Shown: positions 13,707-28,800 of the stretch, piece after piece
Layout: every line of letters begins with the position of its first letter
Position numbering within the stretch: the first letter of the stretch is position 1
Source of the DNA: Anthoceros angustus
Taxonomy: Eukaryota > Plantae > Anthocerotophyta
NCBI GenBank assembly: GCA_010909165.1
Contig: MU008178.1
Location: 942,369-1,006,368 of the forward strand
DNA: 64,000 nucleotides
Direction of reading: 5' to 3'
Translations under genes and position numbers: made by a program
The notes under the pieces: generated by a model
What the model saw: the letters and a program-made list of their open reading frames with translations, nothing else
The model's database searches: none
Told to the model about the DNA's origin: nothing

Positions 13707-13911
13707 CAGTCAAGCTACCCGCACTAGTCTCGTCTCATATTTTAGCAGCTCTTTGTGATAAATAAGGATGCAAATAAGGGACATCACCAGGGAACCACCC
13801 TCTGGCGGGCGGCATAATAATGACATCTGCCTATATGCCACTGATTGCTTTCTCAGATCATCATAGAATAGAGTGAAGAGTTCAGACCTTCGCGAAGTGT
13901 TCTGTTCATCG

Positions 13912-14300
13912 ATAGAAGAAGAAGAAGAATTTTATTTAAGTCCATGAAGAAGAATTTTATTTAAGTCCACTGAGGACGGAGTTCCGTCATGGGATTGAAA
14001 TATGATAACTACATAGATTATAGTAAAATAGTCTGGACTAATGTAAAGGTAAAATTTAAACAAGACAAATAATCTTCAATCAATCAACAATCTCAATGAA
14101 ATTGCATGAACGAGGGCCAAACACCACCAATTCATCCCCACAACAGAAAGCCACTTGACCTGCAGCATGAGTTACTCTGAAAGCGGGTAACTTCTCCTTC
14201 TTAGTCTTCCATTGCAATGGTGTAAGATCCTTATTGATATATAACTGAGTTGTCCGTAACATAGACCTAGCCTTCATAACCTGGAGGCTTCTTGATTGTT
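13912..14300 (-). mobile_element. Non-LTR retroelement remnant: ORF1-like C-terminal fragment followed by 3' stem-loop and (TTC)n tail
   Basis: ORF 14277-14080 (KARSMLRTTQLYINKDLTPLQWKTKKEKLP...GDELVVFG) resembles LINE ORF1 C-termini. Downstream on the same strand is CCCATGACGGAACTCCGTCCTCAGTGGACTTAAATAAAATTCTTCTTC. Confidence 0.6.
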
Positions 14301-14444
14301 ATGCCGCCAGGAGGTGATGTGGTAAATCAAGATCTATCACTTACCATATCGTATGTGACAAAAAAATTCTCACTCTCATCGTACACCTCTCCGCATCATC
14401 CGCTCCATAATGTGGAGCGTGGGCGACCACCACGCTTGAATCAC

Positions 14445-14663
14445 TTACCAGGTGGCAGCAAATCAAAAGATGGCAGCCAAATCGTTGCTCGAAACTATTG
14501 CATGAACCATGTAAGGATCTGGGACGACAAGGTTGATAAGCACGGCGAGTACTAAACAGACAGCGACCACAAGCACCAGGATCAGCGCGAAGGCTGCAAT
14601 CCATGAATGGCATAATGGATCAATGGTGCACGCATCCCTCATGATTGCCATTAAGTGGGGCAT
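14445..14663 (-). pseudogene. Duplicated copy of ALG10 exon 1 plus start of intron 1 (gene fragment or alternative first exon)
   Basis: [45 protein letters not shown]|GT aligns with [44 protein letters not shown]|GT at 13055-13256. Confidence 0.85.
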
Positions 14664-15801
14664 TGCTATTCAAGTCAAGGGATCCCGAAAAAGTTACCAC
14701 CTCGTCATGTGTCAAAATTTAAACTCCGATATATAAGGTTTGCTAGACGTTTGAGCCATGGGTACAAAGCTTAATTTGAGGCATGGACCGTTCTCTAAAA
14801 AATGTAATAATCTGGACTTTGTAACACTCATACGATTACACTTGGTGTTCCGTTTTGGCAGGATTATGTGACATACAATGTAATACCTTTAGGTTCAATT
14901 TCCAAGCTTGTTCCATCACAAAACTGTGACAAAATGCTAGACACTACAATCCACAGCCATAAAAAATGTTATATTCTATGTGATAAGGCTCCCCTTTTCG
15001 ATTAGTGTTCATAAAACTAGAATTAAATTCTACACGTTACAATACCCACACTAGAGTGCATTGTGGTTGCCAAACTGGCATTGTAACCGTGAAATCTTGC
15101 GACTTTAAATCACCTATTGTATTTTGGAATTGTCACCTCCTATCTTTTATTATAATGTGTTTACTTCTAGTAGTATGTTACCATGTACCTCTCAACTCAA
15201 CATAAGGTCTCACCGGAACCATGGCATGAAAATATGGATATACTTAGAAGCTTAGTTCTACCCATTCTTGTTTCAATCCCACCCTTTCACGAACCCTTGT
15301 AGCCTAGTCCAGGGTCCTTCAGCTAGAATTTCTGAAATTCCCACCTTCACTCTTCTTCCAGCGTGGGGCGTAGGAAGGCAAACACACAACCCAGCTCCCA
15401 TCACGATGATCAGCAATGCATCATGGAAGCTCTAAAGACGCACCTCAATCTTTGAGCATCTGGGAAGGAGAAATTGTTTGGAATTGATCAGTAATTTAAC
15501 ATGATCAATGTTGGAAATTGATGAAAACCAACGCTTGTAGCACCTTCATAGCCAGTGAGGAGACAAAATCTATAAGGGTGCAAGATATTAGGCGTATCAT
15601 TCACAATCCACCATGCAGATTAGCAACACGTGCAGAAGCTCAAGAGGCCGAAGGGAGCCGAACCATCATCGCACGAATTGTGAACACCTCTAGATGGCAT
15701 GGATATACAAGCAAATAGTAGGGTGCAATGTCCATTGATGGAATCACACATAGGCAATCCTGTGGTCATGTGTGCGGTAGGTTCTGGATCGTTTTCCATA
15801 G

Positions 15802-18121
<2,320 letters not shown>

Positions 18122-19154
18122 ACCAGTAATTACTTAGCTTTTGTCCAAAAATTTTAAATTATATTTGATTAAATAAATAGAAACAAGTTGGAGATGAAAT
18201 AATGTTTTTGAATGCTAATTATTTTTTAATTTATTGAAAAATATTATGTGTACCTATTAAGCATTTAAGTTACTTCTAGATAACTGTCAATGTCATGGCG
18301 TCCGGACATGTTGTAGACAGTTGCTTTCAGTACTCACCACTTCCTAAGCTAACCAACCTCTTTTCACTAGACAACAAAAGTCGTCTCCACTTTTCATGTG
18401 AAGAGTACAAACCAAAACACCTTCCTCTCATTTCATGTGAAGCTACCACAAACCAAACCATAAAATTCTTCTATATCAAATGCTCATGAAATTTTATAGT
18501 CCCTTCTATATTTTAGGTGGTACAAGTGATGTATTTTCAGCAAATTAGACGTAGTCAAGGTGATTAACAAAGTAAACTCTTCTTTCAAAGCGTGCTTCTC
18601 AGCATGTACAGACGTGAAAACATTTTGCTCGCCACAACTTGTAAGAAATATTTGATAAACGTTAGAAACAAAAGATTTTTTACGACTACCAGAGACACTC
18701 ATGGATTTGATGGACCATGCATTTCAAATGAACCTCTCTTGGCTTGTAAGTATGATATTATAGTAAAACATCTTATAGAATATGTTTGCTTTTTCCTGAG
18801 ACTATTTTTATAGCATACACTAAACTGGGCTTGCACAAGTTCAATTGTTGATCTAAAAATTGGTGTATGTGAATTTACGTAGCTTCTATATGAACAAAAC
18901 ATCATACTCAATAACTTTCTAATCCAGGTAATAGCAAGGCTTTGACAATTGGATGTGACAGCCTGAGGTTCTTGACTGCAGAGAAGAGATACCTTGCCAG
19001 GTTATCAATTTTTGTCAATGTATATAAGTATGAAAGCTGAAAATTTATATAATTAATATGAAAAATATATATCTAAATCATTGAGGCTTTTTGTTACAAA
19101 ACAAATCAAACAGTGTGCTCATAATATTGCTGTATGTTTGTTTAGAAGGCAAAA

Positions 19155-21816
19155 ATGGAAGTTTCCAATCCAGCAAATGAAACATTAGACGCTCTTATTC
19201 AAGTTGTAGATAATAACAATATTATTATCACTTCATGTGTGTCTTCTCCTCACACCCCAAGTAGTAGCCTCAATTTGAAAAAGAATAAAACAACTTGCAA
19301 TATCACAACAGTACGTGCCAGTCCTCAATTGAAAAATAGTAAAGAAGAGGTTCAGCTGACTACAAACGATTGGCTGCAAAAACCTCCTTCTCTTGTCGTG
19401 CAAGTTGAGAATGAGGAATCCAAAATCACAATGGACACTGAGAGAGTCAATGACTCCACTAGTAATGATGATATTCCAACTATTGTAGATGGACTGAATA
19501 CAAACAAGACTGCCAATATTTTAGTATTACGTCAAAATGCATTCAATGATACACCCAATAGCTCTACAAATATTCTTCCAAGCTCTTTTTGTGGATTTCA
19601 TAACTCTTCAGTGACACACATCGGACGTTCTTCTAAAGTTGATGGAATGCCCCTTCCTAGTACCATGAGTAGTATTACAAAGAGGAATGGTCTGCTTATT
19701 CACAATACAAACTCAAATGGTATTTTTAAGACAAACAATGGTGCTATATTTAATAATGTGGGACTTATGAATAATAGTTGTTGTAACACAAGAGGTCCTT
19801 TAACGTTCAATGGCACAAGTATTGATTGTAGCTCTTTGAGTATGATAAACTCAAGTGTAATAGAACTAACTACCAATGCCTCTACTCTAGCCTGTCAGAC
19901 CAACTCTAGGAGTGGCACTAACCTTACTTGTCCGTTAATTAATATTCCATGTTCAGGAATTGCTATTCCAAGTCCTATGATTAATGTGCCAAAGAAAAGA
20001 AGTAGAAGCGCTCCTTGGACGGTGACAGAGATGCTAACTTTGATAGATGCAAAGAAAGAAGAGAGAGAGAGATGTTATTTGTATAAGGCTTCCGGAGTGA
20101 AGCTCCCAGCAGCTGAAAAATGGCGTATTGTAGCTATGCATATGGAATCAAAAGATATGGGAAGGAGTGGAAGCCAGTGTCAGGATAAATGGGAGAATAT
20201 GATGAAGGACTACAAAGCAGTAAGAGAGTGGCAATTTGTTGGGCCTTTGGGATCACCTGATGGTGCACCTGGGTCCACAAAGAACTACTTCAAGGAAATG
20301 ACTAATAAGGAGAGAAAAGATGCTAGCTTGCCACCTCAAATGGACGAAATAGTTTTTTTCTCACTACATGCTATTCAAAATGAGAAGGAGGAGAAAAGAG
20401 AAAGAGCACGTCGTAAAGTTTCAGATCAATATAGAGTCCATGTAAGTGAGCAATGTATAAGTAGTGTTCATCATCAACAATCCTTGAACAGTAATATCAA
20501 AATGAGGGGTGCTGGTGAAACTTTTATCAAGGACAGAGTTGTACATCCTCAATGCTTCTTGAAAGACTACCGAAATGGTGTATCTCATTTCAAAGAACAC
20601 GTTCATAGTGTTGATCATTCCACTACTGTAAGGGAGTGTTTGGGAGCTACACAAGACTCAATCATGAAAGAGAGAGTTCAAGATGGAGATTCACATTGTG
20701 AAAAGGAACATCTAGGGCATGAATTAAATTACAATGGTAAAGACTGTGGAAGCCGTTGTTACAATCTAGCAAGTCAAGAATTTTCTTCAAACTTTATGGA
20801 TGCTTTGGGTGGATATCATAGTCAAAGAACAGAAACTGCTAAGGAGCTTGTAATTCATGATAGGGACCATTTTGTAACTAGAAATGATAATCAGGTATTC
20901 AATAAAGAGAGAGTTTTGAATAATTTTGGAATTTTGAGTAAAGACTCTGAAAATATGATACATCATTGTAAACATGATATAACAAAAGATTATCAAAGGG
21001 AGGATCACTTCGTTAAAGAATTGAGGGATGAATTGCTTATGAATCATAGAACAACATGTCGAGAACAAGACTCAGGGGACATTGGCCCCAATCACAATGC
21101 AGATTCAACATCCCCTACTGTTGATGGAAATATATTGCAACACCATAAAGTAGAAAATAGTATGAGTATTGAGAAACTAGATATAGATCAAGCTCATATA
21201 AATGGAGGTGATTTAGACGAGTTTACAATGGATACAGATTCAGACAATGGTGGGAAAACAAGAAAAAAGAAGAAATCAATGTCTTCCAATGGTAATATAG
21301 TATTAAATGAAGCCCAAATTGGATATCTTTGTGTTTAAAAGTATAAATACATGATGAAATATTTACTCAAAGAGTCTAATTCTATTTGAATCAATATAAA
21401 TTAAGATGTTGGATTTCCTCTTTAAGAGAATCACCAACGATCAGCCCATCTATAAGTAGTACAATATGAATTTGTACAACAAACTGTAATGATGGTTTGC
21501 GATTGTGAATACTATTATAATTTATATAAATTCAGGTGTTGTAGGCGGAATGGCAGATCAGCAAGATGGATCCGGCATCGGGCCTATTGGACTACGCCCT
21601 AGTTTGGAGAGCCCTATAGTCTTAGACGATTTCATGAATGCAATTAATAAAGAGGCGTCTACATTGTCCTTGAAAGAAGTCATTGATTGTTTCATGAAAG
21701 TCGTGGAAAGAAATGGCAAACAACATGAAGCTGATAAGTTTAGAGATACATCAGCACTTGTCCAAGTTCTAGTTGTCTTGGCTGATGCCGTCAAAACCAT
21801 TGCTGAAAGATTGTAG
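19155..21816 (+). CDS. Trihelix (Myb/SANT-like) transcription factor, SH4/ASR3-like; 2 coding exons (19155-21291, 21536-21816)
   Basis: WTVTEMLTLIDAK...KWRIVA...RSGSQCQDKWENMMKDYKAVREW...YFKEMTNKERKDASLP is the trihelix core. The C-terminal LVQVLVVLADAVKTIAERL matches the SH4-clade terminal helix. The GT-AG intron keeps frame. Confidence 0.85.
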
Positions 21817-22394
21817 ACAATAGGGTGTTAAGTTGGTGAATTCAACATTTTTTAGAGTGATTATTTTCTACATGATATTTTTGACATGGATTATCTATTT
21901 AATTATTTTATTTATACCAAAAACATTCTTTCAGAGAAAACGTTTCCCTAACTTCCATATCATAATCAAAGTATTATGATTCATCAAATCGGTTTTAAAG
22001 TGGGTCTAACACAATGAACTATTCACACCAAAAATAGATTATCATGTATAGGTTTATACATATGGAAGATAGATGATAATTGAATACTAGTCCATATATT
22101 ACTAAATTTCATTTTTATTATATTAATTATTGAAATGGTTATTCATAGTACCAAATTTAGATGTGTTTGGTCTCTTTTCACTATGTTTTAAGTGTAGAGG
22201 GATCACCTATCCCAGTTGATTACATAGAGGCTCCTCCTTTCTCTTTGTTTATTATTTATTTATTTTTGAAAAGTAATAAAATTAAAATTATTGATAATAA
22301 TATATTAGCAAGTCCAAAACACTAAGACCTATATCAATAAAAATAAAAAAAATTGAAAAACATTGTATCAAGAGATGTTTGTATCTTGTTCAAG

Positions 22395-23693
22395 ATGGAT
22401 GATTGGGAGAAAAATTTTGACCTACAACATAATCAAGATGAGAGGTTGCGTACTCGCTCCTTTAGTGAATTGGAAACAAGCGAGGCCCAAGTACCAGAAA
22501 TTGAACCAAATGGATGCATGGAAGATAGTGCCACAATGGGTCAAACATTGTTTAGAACAATTAAAAATAGAAAGTTGTGGAACATAAAATCTGAAGAAAG
22601 AGGGATAGGGGAAAATTCTGGTGTAAGTCTACTCCAAGAATCTGGTGAAACTGGTTGCCGTAAAAAATCAATGTGGAATATGATGAAAAGTGGATATGCT
22701 TTAGTGGACTTTAATGCTCTTCCTGAATATCTAAAAGATAATGAATACATTTTAAAGTACTACAGAGCAGATTGGCCTATTAAGCAAACTCTTTGGAGCA
22801 TCTTTAGCGTCCATAATGAAACTCTGAATATTTGGACACATCTTATCGGATTTCTTTTTTTCCTAGGATTGACTGTGTATACATCATATAAACTTCCTAA
22901 AGTGAAAGAGCTGCCTATAAGTTTTAGAAATCTACTATCTATATCAGATATTATGAATTTCACAAAGGTGCATTTCAAGTTTTCTTTTCCCTACATCTCA
23001 AATTTTCATATTCCTCACATATTGTTAAAATGCTTGTTCACGGGATCACTTTCCAACACTCCAAATGAACAATGTATTTTGAAACCGACCCCGCGATGGC
23101 CAATTTATGTATTTTTAGGAGGGGCTATGCTTTGCCTTTTGACAAGTAGCACCTGTCATTTATTATCCTGTCATTCATGTCGTCTTTCAACTTTACTATG
23201 GAGACTAGACTATGCGGGGATAACTACGATGATTGCTACTTCATATTTTCCTCCTGTATATTATACTTTTTTATGTAAACCATTTTGGAGATACTTCTAT
23301 CTCATAGCAGTCACTATAATAGGAATGGTGACTGTTTCAATTTCTCTTATCCCAGCTTTTCAAACAAGAAGTTTTCGAAAAATTCGAGCGTTACTATTTT
23401 TTGGAATGGGTATATTTGGAGTCATCCCAGGAGCTCATAAACTTGTGACATTCTGGAATGATCCCATGTGCTTGGATACACTTGCTCAGGAGCTTATTAT
23501 GGGTTGTTACTACATCTTAGGCACGGTGTTTTATGCCGCTAGAATTCCCGAGAGATGGAAGCCGGGGTTGTTTGATATAGCTGGCCACAGTCATCAGATA
23601 TTTCATGTGCTGGTCATTGCCGGGGCATATACTCACTACAAATCGGGTTTGATATACCTAGCGTGGCGTGATTCGAACGGCTGTGAATCGTAG
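22395..23693 (+). CDS. HHP: Heptahelical PAQR/AdipoR-like (HHP) membrane protein, intronless
   Basis: PEYLKDNEYI, SIFSVHNETLNIWTH, SSTCHLLSCHS, RLDYAGI and RIPERWKPGLFDIAGHSHQIFHVLV in one continuous ORF. First ATG at 22395. Confidence 0.92.
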   Translation: MDDWEKNFDLQHNQDERLRTRSFSELETSEAQVPEIEPNGCMEDSATMGQTLFRTIKNRKLWNIKSEERGIGENSGVSLLQESGETGCRKKSMWNMMKSGYALVDFNALPEYLKDNEYILKYYRADWPIKQTLWSIFSVHNETLNIWTHLIGFLFFLGLTVYTSYKLPKVKELPISFRNLLSISDIMNFTKVHFKFSFPYISNFHIPHILLKCLFTGSLSNTPNEQCILKPTPRWPIYVFLGGAMLCLLTSSTCHLLSCHSCRLSTLLWRLDYAGITTMIATSYFPPVYYTFLCKPFWRYFYLIAVTIIGMVTVSISLIPAFQTRSFRKIRALLFFGMGIFGVIPGAHKLVTFWNDPMCLDTLAQELIMGCYYILGTVFYAARIPERWKPGLFDIAGHSHQIFHVLVIAGAYTHYKSGLIYLAWRDSNGCES

Positions 23694-25453
23694 TATCACA
23701 GAAGATACAGAATCCTCCATCTCCATAACAAGCGTGGATCGGTGCTAAGTATCTACCACCGTCCAATTTTTGATCCAACGAGTACAGAAATAATCGTTTT
23801 AGAATCTGGCTCAAATTCTGGATCCGGGATCTGCGATTTGCAAGATATCCTTTTGAGAGCGAAGTCGGGTCTGAGGACCGTCTTACAAAAAGAACAGTGA
23901 GACCCACGATTGCTATCCTGAGAATCTTGCAGGATGAGCTGAGTACTGTTGCTATGCTAGGCCAAAATGTCTGAGCGAGAAAGCAGAGGACAAGAATCCA
24001 AAAAGATTACCTTGGAAGCTGTTGCACATTTGCCTAATGCTGCTGCACGATATGACTTGAGGGAACGTATGACGAGAAGCCTGGGGGAAGTCATGGAGGA
24101 CGAGAATCCAACTACATTACCTCGGAGGTTGTACGACGAGAAGCCTAAGGAAGCCGCTGACCATGATGATCAATTAGATACTCCTCAATAACCATACCCG
24201 GCACCTTCAATGGGCAGTAGTCGTCCATGCCGAGGAAACTGTTGGTGCATCCCCATTCATCCTGAAGGGGGCTTCCCGGAGCTGCAATCTGGACGATGGA
24301 GGCACATGTGACTCATGAGCAGGCAGGGAGAGGAGGCTCTAGGTTGCGGGAGACGGAGGGGGAGTAGCCTGTCGTGTTCCCGTCGCTATAATCATGGGTA
24401 GCAAGCGATGCTCCTTAACAAATGAAGCTTGGGCATTTGCGAGCAGACATAAGACTGTTGCTGAAAGTGCAAGCCCAGCGGTTGAAGCAAGAGGGCATAA
24501 TTGCGTGACAGTGGGAGGTAGCCGTAAGCTATGTGTAGGTTCCGGGACTCGTCGGATCTGAGAGGATCATAATGACCTAATCTGAGAGCCACCGCAGCAG
24601 CTCCTCGCGCCCTGAAAGCATGCATACCTGCGCAGCTTCACAACTTAGTACTCCCGCTCCGACTGCTTCATCGTCCAGAGCGCCCGCCGATTTTGGGATC
24701 AGACGGCGAGCCTTGGCTTCCTGCTCAGCTTCCTCCTCTTAAACTTCTTAAAACTCCAAGAAGTAGATGCGGCCTCAACTGTAACTGTGCCTGGTCTAGC
24801 CCTGCTCTGCCACGCAACAGAGAGATCCTTCAAAATAGAACCCCTCCTCCTTCACTGCACTCCGTCATGGTTCTAAAAGGAATTGCGACAACATCCTTCC
24901 TGTTCATAAAAACACCTTGGAGTCTTTCGCATTTGCGGAACTAGCTGACCTTGCTACAATATCCTTCGGTCCAGAATTGCCACCCACCACGCTCACGGGG
25001 GGTGTGGTGTTTGCAATGGGATAGAAGCAAAATGGGTATATGCTACTCGGCGCGCCGGTGGGGATGTGTTGTTTGCGATGGGAAGCAAGGTGGCTCATAC
25101 ATCAATTATACCTATCTTACAATTATAATAATGAGAGTTTATTTTTTAATAATGAGAATTATTTTATTTAAATAAGAGTTTAAAATAGATAAACCTTTAG
25201 AAAATCTCATAAAATTGGAATGATATAGAGAAATTAGTATGGCCCTACACAAAAATGACAGACACACATCGAGAAATCGTCCAAATTTTTAAAAGTCCAC
25301 TCGTGAAAGAGTGACATCGAGACATAAGTCCATTGGAACTCACAAACAAGTGTTGATTACTACCCTTAGGATGAGGTACCCACGAGGCTGTTTGATGGCC
25401 TACTAGGCCACCTAGTGGTACAACGCCATTAGGGGCCGCCACGTGTAAAAAGG

Positions 25454-25847
25454 CATTACGATTGGAACCGGCCATCCGTGAATGCAATCAGCGCTCAACA
25501 GACCGAAGAGGAGCCTTGCTATGGATGCATAGCCAGCTGCCATGAAGAAGACTGACAGCCCGTTTTCTCCCCGTTTACAATACCTAATCGAGTAATATGA
25601 TGTAGATCGTATCCATATCCCGTAAATGCCTGATTAATATGTAAGATAAATAGTAGAAATACAGTTATAGATTAGGATACGTTCTGGAAATCGTGCGAGA
25701 ATGCTGTTAGAATAGTTCCGTATGGATCTTGGAACAAGACCGCGACCACATGGCCTGTATAAGAGTGATTACGAAGAGAAAGCGAACAACTATGTCCAGA
25801 AGTTGCGCGCGAGGGTTGCACCTGGATCATAAGATGACTGCATGACA
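25454..25847 (+). repeat. 5' LTR
   Basis: Matches the ends of 31742-32224; ends TGACA just before the PBS. Confidence 0.85.
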
Positions 25848-28800
25848 TTTGGTATCAGAGCGTGAGAATCCTACACAGACCAATGGGAGAAGGGCTGAAT
25901 GCAAGGAACTTCTTACAAGCAATGAACCAATAGACATGAGCAATTAGCTCTCCCAAGACGGAGTGGAGAGGGAGATCACCAGCAGCAGTAGCAGCCATGA
26001 AGGCATGCAGCTGGTGGAGGGGATTGGTAATCGACTGCGCCAGAGGGCCCATAAACCTCCAGCAGGCACATCCCGAGGCCGGCCTACAAACCTGCAAGTT
26101 CGTGGGCAGGCACCCGCAGAGGCAAGTGTTGAGCCAGGCGTCGGAAGAAGGTCGCCGACCGCATCAATGTAGAGACCCGTGAGCTCTCAGAATAGGAGCT
26201 GGAATGCCAAGGGCCACTCACAGGCGCAGATGAATTGACCCTAGTCCACTATTCTAGTGAACCAGTCACCTGAGGATACTGATTCACTAGAATTTGCGAG
26301 GACGACCTCGCAAACGGCCGGCGAATTCCGACGCGACTCCTGCATCATAATGCACAGCTACCGGTTAGAATCATGCAACAAGTAACAACGACATAGCGCA
26401 AGACATAGGTAAGAGAATTGCAGATCTGGAGCGAGTGCTAGACATCAATTTGGAGACCATCACTGGACAAGCACACAAGCTGGGAGGAGTGGAGGCAAGC
26501 TAGAAGGAACTTGATTCTTTGTGCCGTGACAACCAGAGGAAGCTGGAATAGCAACTTGCCGGAGTACTCCAGCTCTTGGAACAATCCACACCTAGCCAAT
26601 CCGATTCAGAACCGGACAGGATGGCCGCCAACTGTAGCAACTCCAAACCAGCCATCAGTTCCGGATCAACCTAGGTCCACACCAAGATCAAAATGGAAGG
26701 ACGATGAGGAGGGGAGAGCCTCACCTGTGCAGCCCAATTCATCGGGAAGGAGTTGAGAAGAAGATTCGCTAAAGAAATTGATTGTCGAGTTGCTTCTAGA
26801 GGAAAAGGACAACAAGGACATCCGAGCATCAGCGAGTTGCCTCCAACTCATGAGATACGAGAATTGGGAGCAGCACAAAGCAAAGATGGACTCTGATTTG
26901 GTTGAAGCAAAAGAGCAACACTTTAAACCTTATCCTCAGCTGGACCAATCGTTGCATCGGAAGATCAAAACTACTACCTTCGACGGGGTTGCCAAAGATT
27001 TGCAAGGAGTATATGATTGGTTAGACAAGATGGAGAAATACCTGATGGCGAGTAAGAAGGATGACCAACAGAGAAGTCAATTTTGCGTATGTCGTTGGAA
27101 GGCTACGCATATCGCTGGTGGAAGCAGAGGGAACAGCAAGTAGATCTGGGCATGGAGACTACTATCTACACAGGCGGTTTTCAGTGTTCTTGAGCAATTC
27201 CTCCACTGAATCTGTGAGACTTGTATCAACAATTCAGAAAGATTTACCAATAGGGCTCCATTCAAGAATATTGCGACACGTATTTACAGCTCACCCTAGA
27301 TCTACCCCGGCCGGATGAAAAACAAAAGGTGGAGAAATTCATTGACGTTTCGAGATGAGAGTCGATGTCAACCAAACGAATCCAACCAGACTTGTTGATG
27401 CAATGAGGGCCGCCATGAACTATGGCCGGAACAAATATAAACATCTCCGGTCAAGTAGTTCCTCGAAGCAGAAATGAGGAAAAACAGCATATGAAGTAGG
27501 TAAGAAACCTACTTTTAGGATTCTGTCTGATGGTGAAAAAGAGGAGTATAAGAATGTTAGAAAGTGCTTCACTTGTGCTGCCCAGGATCATGGGTCCAGA
27601 AACTGCCCCCATAGAAAGGACTTCATTGCATGGTTGAAGGAGACCGACAACACCACCCAGCCTAGGAACAACTCCATCTTATCTGCACCCCGCAGCAATC
27701 ATTCAGTCACTATTGAAGAGGTAGGACCTGCTAGTAAAACTCCAACAACCCAGTAATGGTTATTGCTTGGTGGTAGCTTGTAGCAAAAATCATGTCCCCA
27801 TCAAGTTCAAGGTGTTGCTGGTAGAAGAACAGGCCACGGCCCTGCTTGATTCAAGAGTGAGTCATCACTACATCTCCGAATCAGCAGCAACATGGGCAAG
27901 CTTACTCATCCAAGACTCTGGTCAGACTTCTACCGTTATCACAACATTAGGTCAGAAGGACACCAGTGTAGAGAAGTGGGCTGAAGCAATGATTACCTTC
28001 CCTGGAGGGTTTACATAACAGTTGAGGCTGATCGTAATCCCAAGTCTGGCCCATGATGTGATAGTAGGTAAACCTTGGCTAGCATCTCATTCTCAACAAC
28101 TAGAAATAGATTGGTTTAGAAATGTGGTCGACCTGCATGTCAACAATCAGAAATATGTGTTAGAGGGGGAAACTTACCTCCCAGACAAGCAATTGTTTGT
28201 AGTATCTTCTCTACATAAAGCCGTTGCGAGAGGCAGTTTCCTGTATGTAGCAAAGTTGAAGAAAGTGACTCCCCTAGAAGGCACTGCGAAATCTCGAGCT
28301 CAAACCCAACGGCAGGCAGAGAAGCTACTGCCACAGGTGATGAAGCAGCTGCTGGCAGAATTCGAAGACTTGTTTGCAAATCCTACAAAGCTTCCACCCA
28401 GGAGGGCTGTGGATCACAATACAGAGCTTCTCCCGGGTCACAAACTTGTCAACCAACAACCATACAGGACATCAGTGATAGAGAACGAAGAGATCAAAAG
28501 GCAAGTAGATGCATTTCTAGACCAAGGCTTTGTTAGACCTTCCATCTCATCTTTTAGAGCACCAGTTTTGTTGGTGGCCAAACCAAATGGAAATTGACGC
28601 CTCTGTATTGATTACAAGGGACTGAACTGGGCCATGATCCGGAATTGCCCCATATTGATGAGATATTGGATTAGCCACGTGGATCAAAGTAGTTCACAGT
28701 TGCTTGCGAAGGTTAAAGCATTCATAGAGTAAGATTGCCTGGCCCCCCACGAATGCCCTAAAGCAGTCAGCAAGCAAGGACTTCCAGCTTGATGAAATAT

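Noticed and set aside
23700-25100. Higher-GC stretch that may be a decayed retroelement fragment
   Set aside because: No diagnostic motif, terminus or repeat partner could be identified by eye.
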